A stretch of 63,859 bases of DNA, counting the filler, from Stramenopiles sp. TOSAG23-3 (taxonomy: Eukaryota): the NCBI GenBank assembly GCA_900128585.1. It is 14 parts of 14 records of this genome, joined end to end, with 100 filler letters (N's around TTAATTAATTAA, not from the genome) between each part and the next. Parts side by side here need not be neighbours in the genome. Positions count along the whole stretch, not along the records: positions 50,303 to 54,755 come from LT643824.1; positions 54,856 to 59,308 come from LT643825.1; positions 59,409 to 63,859 come from LT643826.1; 11 more parts are not named here. One strand, given 5' to 3'. Position numbers and translations under genes: made by a program. Of the stretch, positions 53,925 through 63,859 are shown one piece after another; positions within the stretch are counted from its first letter, which is position 1; every line of letters starts with the position of its first letter. Under the pieces are notes generated by a model. That model was not told the origin of the DNA. It saw only the letters and a list, made by a program, of their open reading frames with translations, and made no database searches.

Positions 53925-53962
53925 CTACAGTTCTTGACCGCACTTCCGGTCAAGAACTGTAG
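53925..53962. repeat. Perfect 16-bp inverted repeat with 6-nt loop
   Basis: CTACAGTTCTTGACCG-CACTTC-CGGTCAAGAACTGTAG. Confidence 0.92.
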
Positions 53963-54573
53963 GGCACAAAAATATTGCATTCTTTTTGCTAATTTTGAAA
54001 CTCCCACAACAGTGGAGATATAACAATAGCATGGATTTATTAGAAAAGGGTGTCAATTCTAAAATAAGGAAATACAAGTACGCAGTATAGAAACCAACCG
54101 GTAGAAATAAGAGGAAGAAAAATTAAAAAATTCTGGCCCTTGCTTGTCGATGCCTGCTGCTGCTAAAAACTGCTGTATCAATAGTCATCACAGAGTTATT
54201 TTATAGTCGAGGTGTTTTAAAAAGAAGGATAGGGGGGAGGGGGTAGTATTAATATAAGCTTATAAAATATAATATTATAACACATTCACCATCACATTAA
54301 AAAAAAGGCAAAAAACAACAAAAAAAAATTTATTAATTTAAAATGATGATATAATAATACCATTTATCGTATTTATTTACACAAGCAAGTTCGTTCAGTA
54401 ATTTTATTGTACAGACTAATTATATTCTGCAAACGTTAAGAAAGATGTGGAATAGTTATGAACGGTGTAGATTCAAGCAAGGTAAAGTCAAAAGATTGAT
54501 TATTTAATCTAATCAATTAATTTTATTTGTATCAAACAAACGTTTTTTTAAGTTGATCGAAACGAAAGTGACC

Positions 54574-54755
54574 ATGCTGGGCAAGGCTACGTTGGTCGTT
54601 GCGTTCTACCTCGCCTTGGTTGTTGGCACTGGCCGTGGGATGATGTGTGGTCCCTCTGGCGGCTTCTGCATGTCGAACCAGGACTCGATCCAGTGGAGAG
54701 AGTTGGACGCTACCAAAATTACAAGCATGCATGAGGATATAAACGCAGGGATGTT
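54574..54755 (+). CDS. N-terminus of a secreted protein (3' truncated)
   Basis: Signal peptide MLGKATLVVAFYLALVVGTGRG; the frame runs into the spacer. Confidence 0.65.
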
Positions 54756-55047
54756 NNNNNNNNNNNNNNNNNNNNNNNNNNNNNNNNNNNNNNNNNNNNT
54801 TAATTAATTAANNNNNNNNNNNNNNNNNNNNNNNNNNNNNNNNNNNNNNNNNNNNCTTTGTAACACTCCTAAATACCAGTGGGTGGACTCCACATTAATC
54901 GGTATCAGAATCTTGTCAAATGTGTCTCTGCTAGACAGGTAGTATAGACTATATATATAAAAAAAACAAATTATATTATGTTAAAACTTTGCCAACTAAT
55001 CCGCAGTATGTTTCAATAAGTCAAAAAAGAAAAGAAAAAAGAAGGTA

Positions 55048-55084
55048 TAAAACCGTTCAAGAACCCAAACTCCTCCTTGTTCCA
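55048..55084 (+). repeat. Dispersed repeat, copy 2
   Basis: Identical to 13780-13816. Confidence 0.9.
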
Positions 55085-55523
55085 AAATAGACCGACTACA
55101 TCCATTTTTATTAATATTTTAAGCAGCTGATCAAATACTTACTATACACCACCATGCGATAGAATGCTGTAGTATCGACTGCTACATCATTGTTATGAAA
55201 CAACAAAGAAGAACTAATAATAAATTCAAGAAGAGGTTGAAGACTACGGTACCAAAACGAATAGCGACGAGCAACTGCATTCTGGTTTCGTACTTTCTGT
55301 GCATCGTCGATGATCTTTATATGAACATATTTTGCGTATTAATATTTTAAGTAATTGCACATATCTCTTGCACGAATTGCGGTGTGAAACAACTGAAGAA
55401 TGTAAACGAAGGAACGTGAAATTGTTATTCCATGAACGGTGAACAGGATAATGTCCTGGACAATATAGCCAGAAGGTGAAAGAAGGGTCTGCTCTAATTT
55501 GGGTTATTTTCGGCCGGAGCGGC

Positions 55524-57779
55524 ATGCGTGCTGTTTTGGGTTACTTGTTTGCCTGTTTGTGCCTAAAGATTCTGGTTAATGTCGGGGGTACTACTGCAGG
55601 GGAAGCACGCTCTGACAAGCGCGCCCAGGCCGTAGAACTGTACGGGCGGGCAATTCAGTACGAAAAGGAAGGGTCGCCGAAACCAGCAATAGAGCTTTAT
55701 AAGAAGGCGCTAAAGCTGGACCCTGCCATGGGTGAGGCATATTTGAATTTAGGAAACCGTCTGAATGGAGCGAGTAGTTACGTTGCTTTTCAGCAGGCTG
55801 CACAGGTAAGCCATCAGTCTGGTGCACGGCCGGACAAAGTCTTGCATGCGAAAGCATTGACCAACCTTGGGCTATTTTTGGTATCAGAGGACGCGTCTAC
55901 CGTCGCCGCCCCAGTTGAGGCTTCGCGGCAAGCAATTGCATTTTTCTTGGAAGCCCTGGAGTCCACACCGGGCAACGTTGATACGCTGTATAGTTTAGGG
56001 AACGTTTATGAAAAGGAAGGCCTGCGGCAGAAAGCATACGAAATCTACGACAGCGTTCTGCGCTTAGCCCCGATGCACGTCGGAGCAAACCTGAATACTG
56101 GGAACATCATGTTATACGCCGGTTACTACAACCAGTCATGGCAGTATTACAAGCGCGCACTATCAAATCCATCCTTGTCCGACGAGGACCGCGCTGGGGC
56201 ACTGAACAACGCGGCTGCGGCATTTCGGTTGATGGACGACGAGAAGCAGTCGATGGTGCTGAGTCGCCAGGTTTTATCGTTGGAGCCAGAAAACGAAGAA
56301 GCAATGCTGAACGTGTACAAATCGAAAGTCTCTCTGGCCGATTGGGAAGGCATAGCGGAGGACATCGGGAACTTGATCGGACTCACACGCGCGCAGCTAA
56401 GCCTTGGCCCTAGCTGCACTTTGGACCCCGTCTACGCTTCCCTTTTGCCGGTATCGTCTACGTTTATGCTCAGAGTAGCCCATGCCAACATCGTTTCGTA
56501 CAATAATTATACCCCGGTGCCAAGAGATGATTCAATTGATTCAAACGTCGGGAAACATTTCGTTGCAAACAAAGGAACGAGTCTGCGCAAGAAGCTTGTC
56601 GTAGGATACGTTGCTTCCGACTTTAACGAGGGCCACCCCACCGGGCACTTGATTCGAGGGGTCTTGGACTCCCACGACCGTGCGCACATTAGTGTACACT
56701 GCTACGGCAGGGGGCGGGACGATGGGTCGGAGCAGCGGCGTCGAATAATAGAAGCGTGCGATGTTTTTGAAAACGTGTCCGCGATTGGGAATTTTGAGGT
56801 CGCAAAGACGATCTCTCAAAATGGAGTTCACATTTTTGTCGATTTAATGGCGCACACCTGTCCTATTTGTTTGAGTGTCGCTGCCTACCGCCCCGGGGCA
56901 ATCGTTGTCAACTATTTTGGGTATCCTGGAACGATTGGCTCCGGGAGTTATGCGCAGTATATCGTCGTAGATCGCAATATAGTTGTTCCCGAAAGGGTAA
57001 GGGCGGAGATTAGTGAAAAGGCCGTGTACCTACCTCACCATTACCAGGCAAACGAATTTCCATCGGCCGTTTCTTCGTGCACCAACTGCACCCGGCAAAG
57101 CCACCTAAAGGTTCAAGCCGGAATTCCTGAAACGGCAAAAGTCGTCTTCTGCAATTTTAACACCATGTACAAGATCGAGCAAGACGTCTTCGCGGTGTGG
57201 ATGAACATTCTGAGAAGGGTACCCGGGAGTGTCTTCTGGGTCCTGGTTCCTAAAGGCAACACTGGCGTTGAAGCAAAGGTCAATGTATTTCGAGAAGCGG
57301 TGCAGTTTGGGGTCAGCCCGTCCAGAATAATTTTTGCGAAGCGCGTTAAGAAAGTCCACCATTTGGATCGCTACCAATTCTGTGACGTGTTCTTGGACAC
57401 ATTTATATACGGGGCGCATTCAACGGCATCGGAGGCGATGTGGGCTCTCACCCCAGTCGTCACGTTGGAAGGCCAACCGTTTCGCAGCCGAGTCGCGGCC
57501 GATGTGCTGAAAGCGAATGGCATCGGAGAACTAGTGGTTCACTCGAAGAAAGCTTACGAAGATGTCTCTGTTAAGCTGGGAACGACACCGGGTCTTAGGC
57601 TGGTCGTCAGGAAAATACTTGCCAACAACGCCCTGTTATGGCCACTTTTTGACACTCAACGGTTAACGCAAAACCTGGATCGTGCCTACAAAGCCATATG
57701 GGCTGTCCGGGAAATCGGAATCGATCCCGTTAACATTGTTGTTGCCCCAAGGGCCCCGTATGTGGTTGCCGGGTCCTAA
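55524..57779 (+). CDS. TPR-containing GT41 glycosyltransferase (O-GlcNAc transferase-like)
   Basis: TPRs, then VGYVASDFNEGHPTGHL, FCNFNTMYKI, DVFLDTFIYGAHSTASEAMW, PVVTLEGQPFRSRVAA, PLFDTQR. First in-frame ATG is at 55524 and is followed by a hydrophobic stretch. Confidence 0.92.
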   Translation: MRAVLGYLFACLCLKILVNVGGTTAGEARSDKRAQAVELYGRAIQYEKEGSPKPAIELYKKALKLDPAMGEAYLNLGNRLNGASSYVAFQQAAQVSHQSGARPDKVLHAKALTNLGLFLVSEDASTVAAPVEASRQAIAFFLEALESTPGNVDTLYSLGNVYEKEGLRQKAYEIYDSVLRLAPMHVGANLNTGNIMLYAGYYNQSWQYYKRALSNPSLSDEDRAGALNNAAAAFRLMDDEKQSMVLSRQVLSLEPENEEAMLNVYKSKVSLADWEGIAEDIGNLIGLTRAQLSLGPSCTLDPVYASLLPVSSTFMLRVAHANIVSYNNYTPVPRDDSIDSNVGKHFVANKGTSLRKKLVVGYVASDFNEGHPTGHLIRGVLDSHDRAHISVHCYGRGRDDGSEQRRRIIEACDVFENVSAIGNFEVAKTISQNGVHIFVDLMAHTCPICLSVAAYRPGAIVVNYFGYPGTIGSGSYAQYIVVDRNIVVPERVRAEISEKAVYLPHHYQANEFPSAVSSCTNCTRQSHLKVQAGIPETAKVVFCNFNTMYKIEQDVFAVWMNILRRVPGSVFWVLVPKGNTGVEAKVNVFREAVQFGVSPSRIIFAKRVKKVHHLDRYQFCDVFLDTFIYGAHSTASEAMWALTPVVTLEGQPFRSRVAADVLKANGIGELVVHSKKAYEDVSVKLGTTPGLRLVVRKILANNALLWPLFDTQRLTQNLDRAYKAIWAVREIGIDPVNIVVAPRAPYVVAGS

Positions 57780-58072
57780 AAAATTTACCGCGGCGGGAAA
57801 GTTAAAGTTTCTGAGGAGAGAGAACTAAAAATTATTATTAACTAAAGTAGTTTTACTGACTGACAAAATTGCAGTACGAGACGATTTATTTTTTTAAAAA
57901 CCAGGGGAAGGAATAAATTTTGGTTCTTTTTAAATTTTAATTTATGCATGTACTTGAATATCAGCCAATTTTCTTGAGTTTAAAAAACAGGGAGTTCATA
58001 AATTCAATTTGCGCCTCACAGCCTTACGCTTAATTTGTTTTTACAAAAACCTTTTAATTTCCCCGTGCTTGC

Positions 58073-59004
58073 TCACTTCAATTCAAAGGAAACCGTCTCC
58101 CCAGCCTTCAAGAACACTTGAACGCTGCGGGTAGTCCCTTTTACGGATACAGTATGGGAAATAGGCGTCTTCTGGCCAGTCCACCCATCAAAACAAAAAT
58201 TGTTTTCCGCATTTTCATTTTTAACAAATTTGGACGTTACAAAAACGCCTGCGGAGTCAGCACCTGTGCCAAAGTGAACATCAACTCTCCCAAAAGGCGG
58301 GTGAACCGTTCCACACGCTCTCCCGAGCCACGGCTGTTTTAATTGGGAGGTAATTTCATCTACATTTCTCCTTTTCCTTTTCGAAGGAACGTTTGCCCTG
58401 TCTTGCTGTAATCTTGCTGTAATTTTAAGGACTTCGCATTTCTCCGCTTCAAACGTTTGATGGTATTTTTTAGCTGTCTATCTTTATCTATACATTTCGC
58501 TTTCTCCAGCGCCCTTGAACGCAGTTGAAACGATTTTTTCCTGGCCAAAATTCGTGTTTGTATCACGTTTAGTTTTTTTACACGACGAGCCCGACTCTTT
58601 TTTCTACTGCGCGGTTTAGCGACCCTGTCCCATTCATTACCACTGCTGCTCCTGCTCTCGTCACTGCTGCTGCTACTTTCATCAGAAGAAGAACGGGAAA
58701 CGCTATCGGATTCTTCAGCATTGGATGGAAAGATTGCTCGGACAGCAAAAGGCACATTACGTGGTCTAGTGCGCTTTTGCAGTTCATTATCACTGCTGTC
58801 CCCGCTGCTACTCTCATCACTGCTGCTGCTACTTTCATCAGCAGAAGACTGAGAAACGCTATCGTGTTCTTCCGCATGGGACGGAAGGATTGCTCGGACT
58901 GCAAAGTGCAAATGGTCACTCTCTTCAGACTCTGCAAATGTAAGAATTTGAGGGAGTGCCTCTCCCCCCGGTTCATGCTTCACCTTGGTATTCTGACAAC
59001 CCAT
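58073..59004 (-). CDS. Predicted acylated (MGC-) Ser/acidic-rich protein, frameshifted by an 11-bp duplication
   Basis: The ORF track gives 58360-59004. Removing one copy of TCTTGCTGTAA (58401-58422) extends the frame to a TGA at 58073, giving 306 aa. Confidence 0.65.
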
Positions 59005-59238
59005 GGCAAGGGCAAATAAATTTTATGTGAAACCCATTGGTGGCGCAAGTTTATATAACGGAAATTTACAAAATCAATGCTATCGAATAGAAACATGTCA
59101 AAACGGTACGCGAATCAATTTTGTAAAAACAGGATCTCAATTTGATTCATTCAGATTTTCGAATTATGTTCAATGGAATATATGTATAACGGTCATGAGC
59201 GTTGTCATGAGAGAGAGTGTCATGCAGCATCTTCTTCT

Positions 59239-59239
<1 letters not shown>

Positions 59240-59306
<67 letters not shown>

Positions 59307-59308
59307 TC
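59240..59308. repeat. (TTTC)n microsatellite at contig end
   Basis: Direct reading. Confidence 0.95.
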
Positions 59309-59410
59309 NNNNNNNNNNNNNNNNNNNNNNNNNNNNNNNNNNNNNNNNNNNNTTAATTAATTAANNNNNNNNNNNNNNNNNNNNNNNNNNNNNNNNNNNN
59401 NNNNNNNNCA

Positions 59411-61141
59411 GCGGCGACGCCTGCGCCAGCAGCGGGTGGCGGGATGTTTGGCGGAGGGGCGAAACCAGCGGCGACCCCCGCGACGGGCGGGATGTTTGGC
59501 GGAGGGGCGAAACTAGCGGCGACGCCTGCGCCAGCAGCGGGCGGCGGGATGTTTGGCGGGGCTGCAAGCAAGACCGCAGCCCCCGCGACGGGCGGGAGCG
59601 GGTTTTCGTTCGGTGGAGCCGCAGCGAAACCAGCGACGACGCCGGCGCCTGCAGGGGGGGGAGGCTTTTCTCTGGGAGGAACCGGAACTACAGCTGCCAA
59701 ACCGGTGGGTAGTGCGTTGGGGGGGGGCTTGCTGGGTGCCAAGGCGCCAGCCACTGGCACGGCGTTGACGCTGGGGGGGGGCGGCATGGGGAAGACGACC
59801 GCCCCGGCGGGTGGAGGCTTCGCCCTGGGCGGAGCCACGGCCACCCCTGGAGCCGCGCTTGCCGGGCAACATGGCAACAATGCCCTGATCGGGGCGAGCA
59901 AAAGTACCCATAGACGACCTCCGCGTGTGACCATGCAGCAGCTGGCAGCGTTTTTTCACCGTCGACCGGGGACAGCGGCGAATTTCCCCCACTTCTTCGA
60001 TTATTTGTCTCCGCAGCTGCAAAACGTCCAAACGAACCAGCAGATCGAACAGATCAAGATGTCCGCCCGGTTGTTTAGCCACCGGGCGCAGCACATTTTT
60101 CGACTGATCGAGCACTTGCGAAGCACGGCCGTGGGCATGCAGAGCCCGATGCAGCACATGTTTTACCGCTACCGCCGGAGCAACGAACGTTTTACTAGAT
60201 CTCATTTGTGCACCCTGCCGCAAAAGTTCCAGGCTTGGGACAACGCGAACACGACCGAATCCCACATGTCTGCCCGTCTTCTTTGGCCCTTTCTCAGCGA
60301 AGCCCTCTGGGAAGAAGCGGAGCGCAAGGAGAACATTGCCGGGATCGAAGTGATGCCGGACCCCATCCAGGGGTTGGAGCAGCTGCGCGACTACATCAAG
60401 ATACGCACGGGCATGAGCAAAGAGGTAGAGAAGAGGGGCCCTGTTGGCGGGCTCGCGGTGATGCACCAGGGCGGGGCGATGGGCGCCCAGCAGGCGGGCC
60501 TTGGGGGGGTGCCGCAGCAGAATGCGGCCGCGGCGAACGCGAACGCAAACGCGAACCAAATTAACTTGAGAATAAACGTTCGAACGCTGCTGGACACGGT
60601 GTCGCAGTGCTCCGCGCGGTTCGGCGATTTCCGGGACCAAGCGGCGTTGAACAGGAACCGCATCGACAACGTGAAGCGCCGGCACTACGAACTCCGCCAC
60701 CGCCTAGTGCGAATTATGGGAATGGTGGAAAAGCTTCGGAAGAAGACCCTTCCCGTGTCCGAGGACGACGTTGTTTTCCGGCAACACCTTAATCATTTGG
60801 CGAACCAACTGAACGACCCCAGTTCCTCGAAGGCGTTGTTGACTGAGCTGAAATACCAGCTGAAAGTGACACAAAATGTCACCCAGAAGAAATCGATCTT
60901 GCTTAGCGACATGAACGTAGCCCGCGCCCACGAATTTTTGAAGCACCAGTACGAGAGTCTGGCCGCGCTCAAGGAGGTTTTGCAGCGAGACACGCGGGAC
61001 GTGAAAATTATTCTAGAGCAGCGAGGCCAGAACAAGGACCAGCACCAAAATAGGCGAGGGAACCGCAGTTTTTACGAAGGAGGGATGAACAGTGCAATGC
61101 GGGGGCAACGGTTGGGGGCGCTGGGGGGAAGGGCATGGTAA
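59411..61141 (+). CDS. NUP54: FG-nucleoporin Nup54/Nup57 (5' truncated)
   Basis: GGMFGG/FSFG repeats, then LWEEA...PDPIQGLEQL and the coiled coil HYELRHRLVRIMGMVEKLRK...LANQLNDP...LLTEL...LKEVLQRDTRDVKII characteristic of Nup54. Confidence 0.82.
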   Translation, partial: AATPAPAAGGGMFGGGAKPAATPATGGMFGGGAKLAATPAPAAGGGMFGGAASKTAAPATGGSGFSFGGAAAKPATTPAPAGGGGFSLGGTGTTAAKPVGSALGGGLLGAKAPATGTALTLGGGGMGKTTAPAGGGFALGGATATPGAALAGQHGNNALIGASKSTHRRPPRVTMQQLAAFFHRRPGTAANFPHFFDYLSPQLQNVQTNQQIEQIKMSARLFSHRAQHIFRLIEHLRSTAVGMQSPMQHMFYRYRRSNERFTRSHLCTLPQKFQAWDNANTTESHMSARLLWPFLSEALWEEAERKENIAGIEVMPDPIQGLEQLRDYIKIRTGMSKEVEKRGPVGGLAVMHQGGAMGAQQAGLGGVPQQNAAAANANANANQINLRINVRTLLDTVSQCSARFGDFRDQAALNRNRIDNVKRRHYELRHRLVRIMGMVEKLRKKTLPVSEDDVVFRQHLNHLANQLNDPSSSKALLTELKYQLKVTQNVTQKKSILLSDMNVARAHEFLKHQYESLAALKEVLQRDTRDVKIILEQRGQNKDQHQNRRGNRSFYEGGMNSAMRGQRLGALGGRAW

Positions 61142-61375
61142 GTAAGTGTGCGCGTGCGCCCTTTCTCCAGGAAATGCAAAAAAAAGGAAAATGTTCTAGA
61201 GAAATTTCTCTAAAGTGATTAAAATTACTGTAAAGACGCTCAGCCCACAAAAAACTTAGTTTTTTTACGTATATATTTTTCTTCTCTCTCCTCCATAAAA
61301 CTTAGGTTTTTTCTCTCTCTCTCACTCCTCCTCCTCCCCCCATTTTCTTATTTAAAAAATAAATTAACAAAAAAA

Positions 61376-61852
61376 TTACGCGTCCTGCTTCGACTTTATG
61401 TCGTGGATTGCCGCTTTGATGGCGTCCTCTGCAAGCATACTGCAGTGAAGCTTGACGGGCGGTAGCTTCAAGTGCGCTGCAATGTCCTTGTTTGTAACAG
61501 CAAGGCACTCGTCCATGGTCTTGCCCTTCACCCACTCCGTCGCAACAGACGACGAGGCAATGGCAGACCCGCAACCGAAGGTCTTAAACTTGCTACTGAC
61601 CACACGACCGTCGTCGTCTACTTCTATCTGGAGCTTCATGACGTCCCCACAAGCAGGGGCACCGACAAGACCGGTGCCGACGGTTTTCTTATTCTTGTCC
61701 AGTGACCCTACATTTCTTGGGTTTTCGTAATGATCGACTACCGCTTCGTGGTACGATGCCGTCTGGGCGTTCCCACCAAGGAGAGACACGGACGCCCGTT
61801 CACTCCCTAAGGCGACCCGGCGGACAGTACGTTGCGCGATTAAGCGAAGCAT
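61376..61852 (-). CDS. ISCU: Mitochondrial iron-sulfur cluster scaffold protein
   Basis: Arg-rich presequence; YHEAVVDHYENPRNVGS, GAPACGDVMKLQI, KTFGCGSAIASSS, LPPVKLHCSMLAEDAI. Confidence 0.98.
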   Translation of the reverse strand: MLRLIAQRTVRRVALGSERASVSLLGGNAQTASYHEAVVDHYENPRNVGSLDKNKKTVGTGLVGAPACGDVMKLQIEVDDDGRVVSSKFKTFGCGSAIASSSVATEWVKGKTMDECLAVTNKDIAAHLKLPPVKLHCSMLAEDAIKAAIHDIKSKQDA

Positions 61853-61860
61853 GGTTCGTA

Positions 61861-61886
61861 TGTGTGTGTGTGTGTGTGTGTGTGTG
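61861..61886. repeat. (TG)13 microsatellite just upstream of the ISCU start
   Basis: Direct reading. Confidence 0.95.
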
Positions 61887-63859
61887 CGTGCGTTAATGGT
61901 TAAATTTTCCTGGTTTTAAATTGCAACTACGTCAAACAAAACAAAACCAGATAAAACGCAATTCATTACAAGTACTTTCGATTGTATACAGTATTGTCTT
62001 TGTTGCCACTCCTTCATTTATTCATTCTATAATCTTACTCTCTCTCTTCTTCTCTTCTTCCTTCTTTTTTTTCTTTCTTTTTTCTTTCTTCTTCTCTTCT
62101 CTTTTTTTGTTTTGTGTTGTTGTTGTTGTATAAAAATAATAATAAAGGCAAGGATAGATTAATATATTTATTCCTTAATTGAGAAAAGATAGAAAAAAGA
62201 GAATCGAGTTAAATACCCTATTATTAACATGGATGGATTTCGAAGAAAGTTCTTCAAGACTTCGAAATTGGCATTTGGTCTTTTTTATTAGAGACTACTA
62301 CTTTACAATACTTCACAATACCAATGTTCCTATTTAATTGAGTCTTCAAAGTTCGGAGTTCGGAGTTGAGCTTCGTAGAGATTGACTAACAACAGGAGAG
62401 CACAGGGCGGATTATATTATTTGGACAAGGGACACGAATTAAATAAATGATTGACACATACGATAAATTATTCCCATTGTATTCTCTTATTAAAAAAATG
62501 TACTGAATCCTTCAACGCCTCACTGGAATCTGACCCAAATTATAGAAAAGAAAAACGAAAGTCAACAAATGGTATTCTGTTTTATATTTTGAATAATAAA
62601 TGTAAATTAATTCAATAGAATATTTATTGTTCGTTACCTATATATATTTATTTATTACAATAGTAAATTAAACGTGATACTAAATACATCAACTAAAATA
62701 TAATATAAAAAACAAATAATTTGATAAAATAAAACGAATGCTATTTTAATGTTAAATAAATTTCGAAGTTTTAGAAGGTTTTTTTCCCAGTTACAGTGCT
62801 GTCATGATGTATCTGTTTTTCGGTTTTCATTTTTTTCTGAATTCTATGTCTTTGAGTCGTAAGGTATAAATATATAAATTATTTATAAATAAACATTTAC
62901 TTTTTTCATATTTATACTTGTTCCATTTGAACCCTTCCTTCATTATTAAATAGGTTAAATAATATATTATAAATACATTAATTTATTATATAAAAATGTA
63001 ATATTAGATATACTTAATATAGGACATAATTTGGAGAAATGGAAACCCATCTCGATCAAATGTTCAATTTATATATTTTTTTAATAATGCTCTGTTCATG
63101 TATAATTGATTTTATGAAACATTTGGATGGGGTAGGTAACCTTTTTTTTTGCCAATATTTTACAACATGTCCAGGTCTTCTATTTATTTTTACAATGCTA
63201 TGATAATGTTAAATAATACAAAAGTTATTTTCATCATTTTTTTTTAGAAGAAATCTCAAGAAGAAATCCCAAGAAAGAAAGAAAGAAAGAAAGAAAAAAA
63301 TCCCAAAAAAAAACAAAAAAAGAAAATGCAAGGAAAAATATTCATTTTACAATGCTGTGTATATGTATGGATAGAATTAAAAAACACGCACATCGACAAC
63401 CCCCGACCGACGACAGCTGGAGGAGAGAGAGAGAGAGATGCGAGTGATAAAAAATAGACGAATTAGGAGGATAATAACAAGGAGGTAGGTAGTAGAACGA
63501 AAAAATAAGAAGTAGGAGGAGGAGGGAGGTGATTGGGAGAAAGAAGAATAGTTCTCAAAAAACTCAAAGCTCAACCCCGAGATTTTGGTTTGCTCCACCC
63601 CCTCCCCGTTTTTTTATTTCAAGCGAAAACGACGGGCTACGTCTAGGTGACAAACATAGAGTCTGTTATATTATTTTGTCTGATTTGTTTGTACCTTGCA
63701 GTATTCTTTGCAATTTGCCAAACGAGTTCTAGCTACATTCCTCACCAACAAGGGATCATCCTGATTCAAGCACGTCCCTTCTTGATTAGAACCTTTTCTT
63801 GCTGATTGCGTTGTCGTCGTGCCCCCGCCCCCCCCCCCCGCCCCCCCCCCCCGCCACCC

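Noticed and set aside
6234-57779. A glycan-processing gene cluster (GH3, beta-helix fusion, MRH protein, GT41)
   Set aside because: The genes are on different contigs ordered only by length, so co-occurrence carries no linkage information.
4494-59408. Regularly spaced TTAATTAATTAA as a biological repeat or CRISPR-like array
   Set aside because: It is always embedded in 44+44 Ns, which marks a synthetic six-frame-stop linker.
63822-63859. Terminal C-rich tract as a G-quadruplex or telomere
   Set aside because: A low-complexity contig end where base calls and assembly are unreliable.

Overview
This window is not one locus. It is 14 separate eukaryotic contigs of 4451-4493 bp, sorted by decreasing length and joined by 13 artificial 100-bp spacers (44 N + TTAATTAATTAA + 44 N), so gene neighbourhood is meaningless across spacers. 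The DNA is gene-dense, uses the standard code, and has long uninterrupted GC-richer ORFs in very AT-rich, microsatellite-rich intergenic DNA. Recognisable products are CEP78, ZMAT2/Snu23, a GH3 beta-xylosidase, an ankyrin protein, an MPPED-type metallophosphoesterase, a GYGD K+ channel, SLC25A17/PMP34, an axonemal-dynein-light-chain-domain protein, a MAP3K, a UNC-93-like transporter, a GT41 OGT-like enzyme, NUP54 and ISCU. Together they point to a flagellated protist with mitochondria and peroxisomes; a stramenopile is my guess only. I recognised no rRNA, tRNA, CRISPR array or autonomous transposon. The most unusual items are: a beta-helix + NDK-like + ParB/Srx-motif fusion protein; an OGT-like GT41 with an apparent signal peptide; an EF-hand-flanked K+ channel with a degenerate cyclic-nucleotide pocket; a WW/Tudor-like/atypical-bromodomain protein; two genes split by small frameshifts (a C13 run and an 11-bp duplication); a candidate 511-bp TIR element; and a 37-bp repeat shared by two contigs. 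All family assignments are from motif recognition by eye, not database searches.
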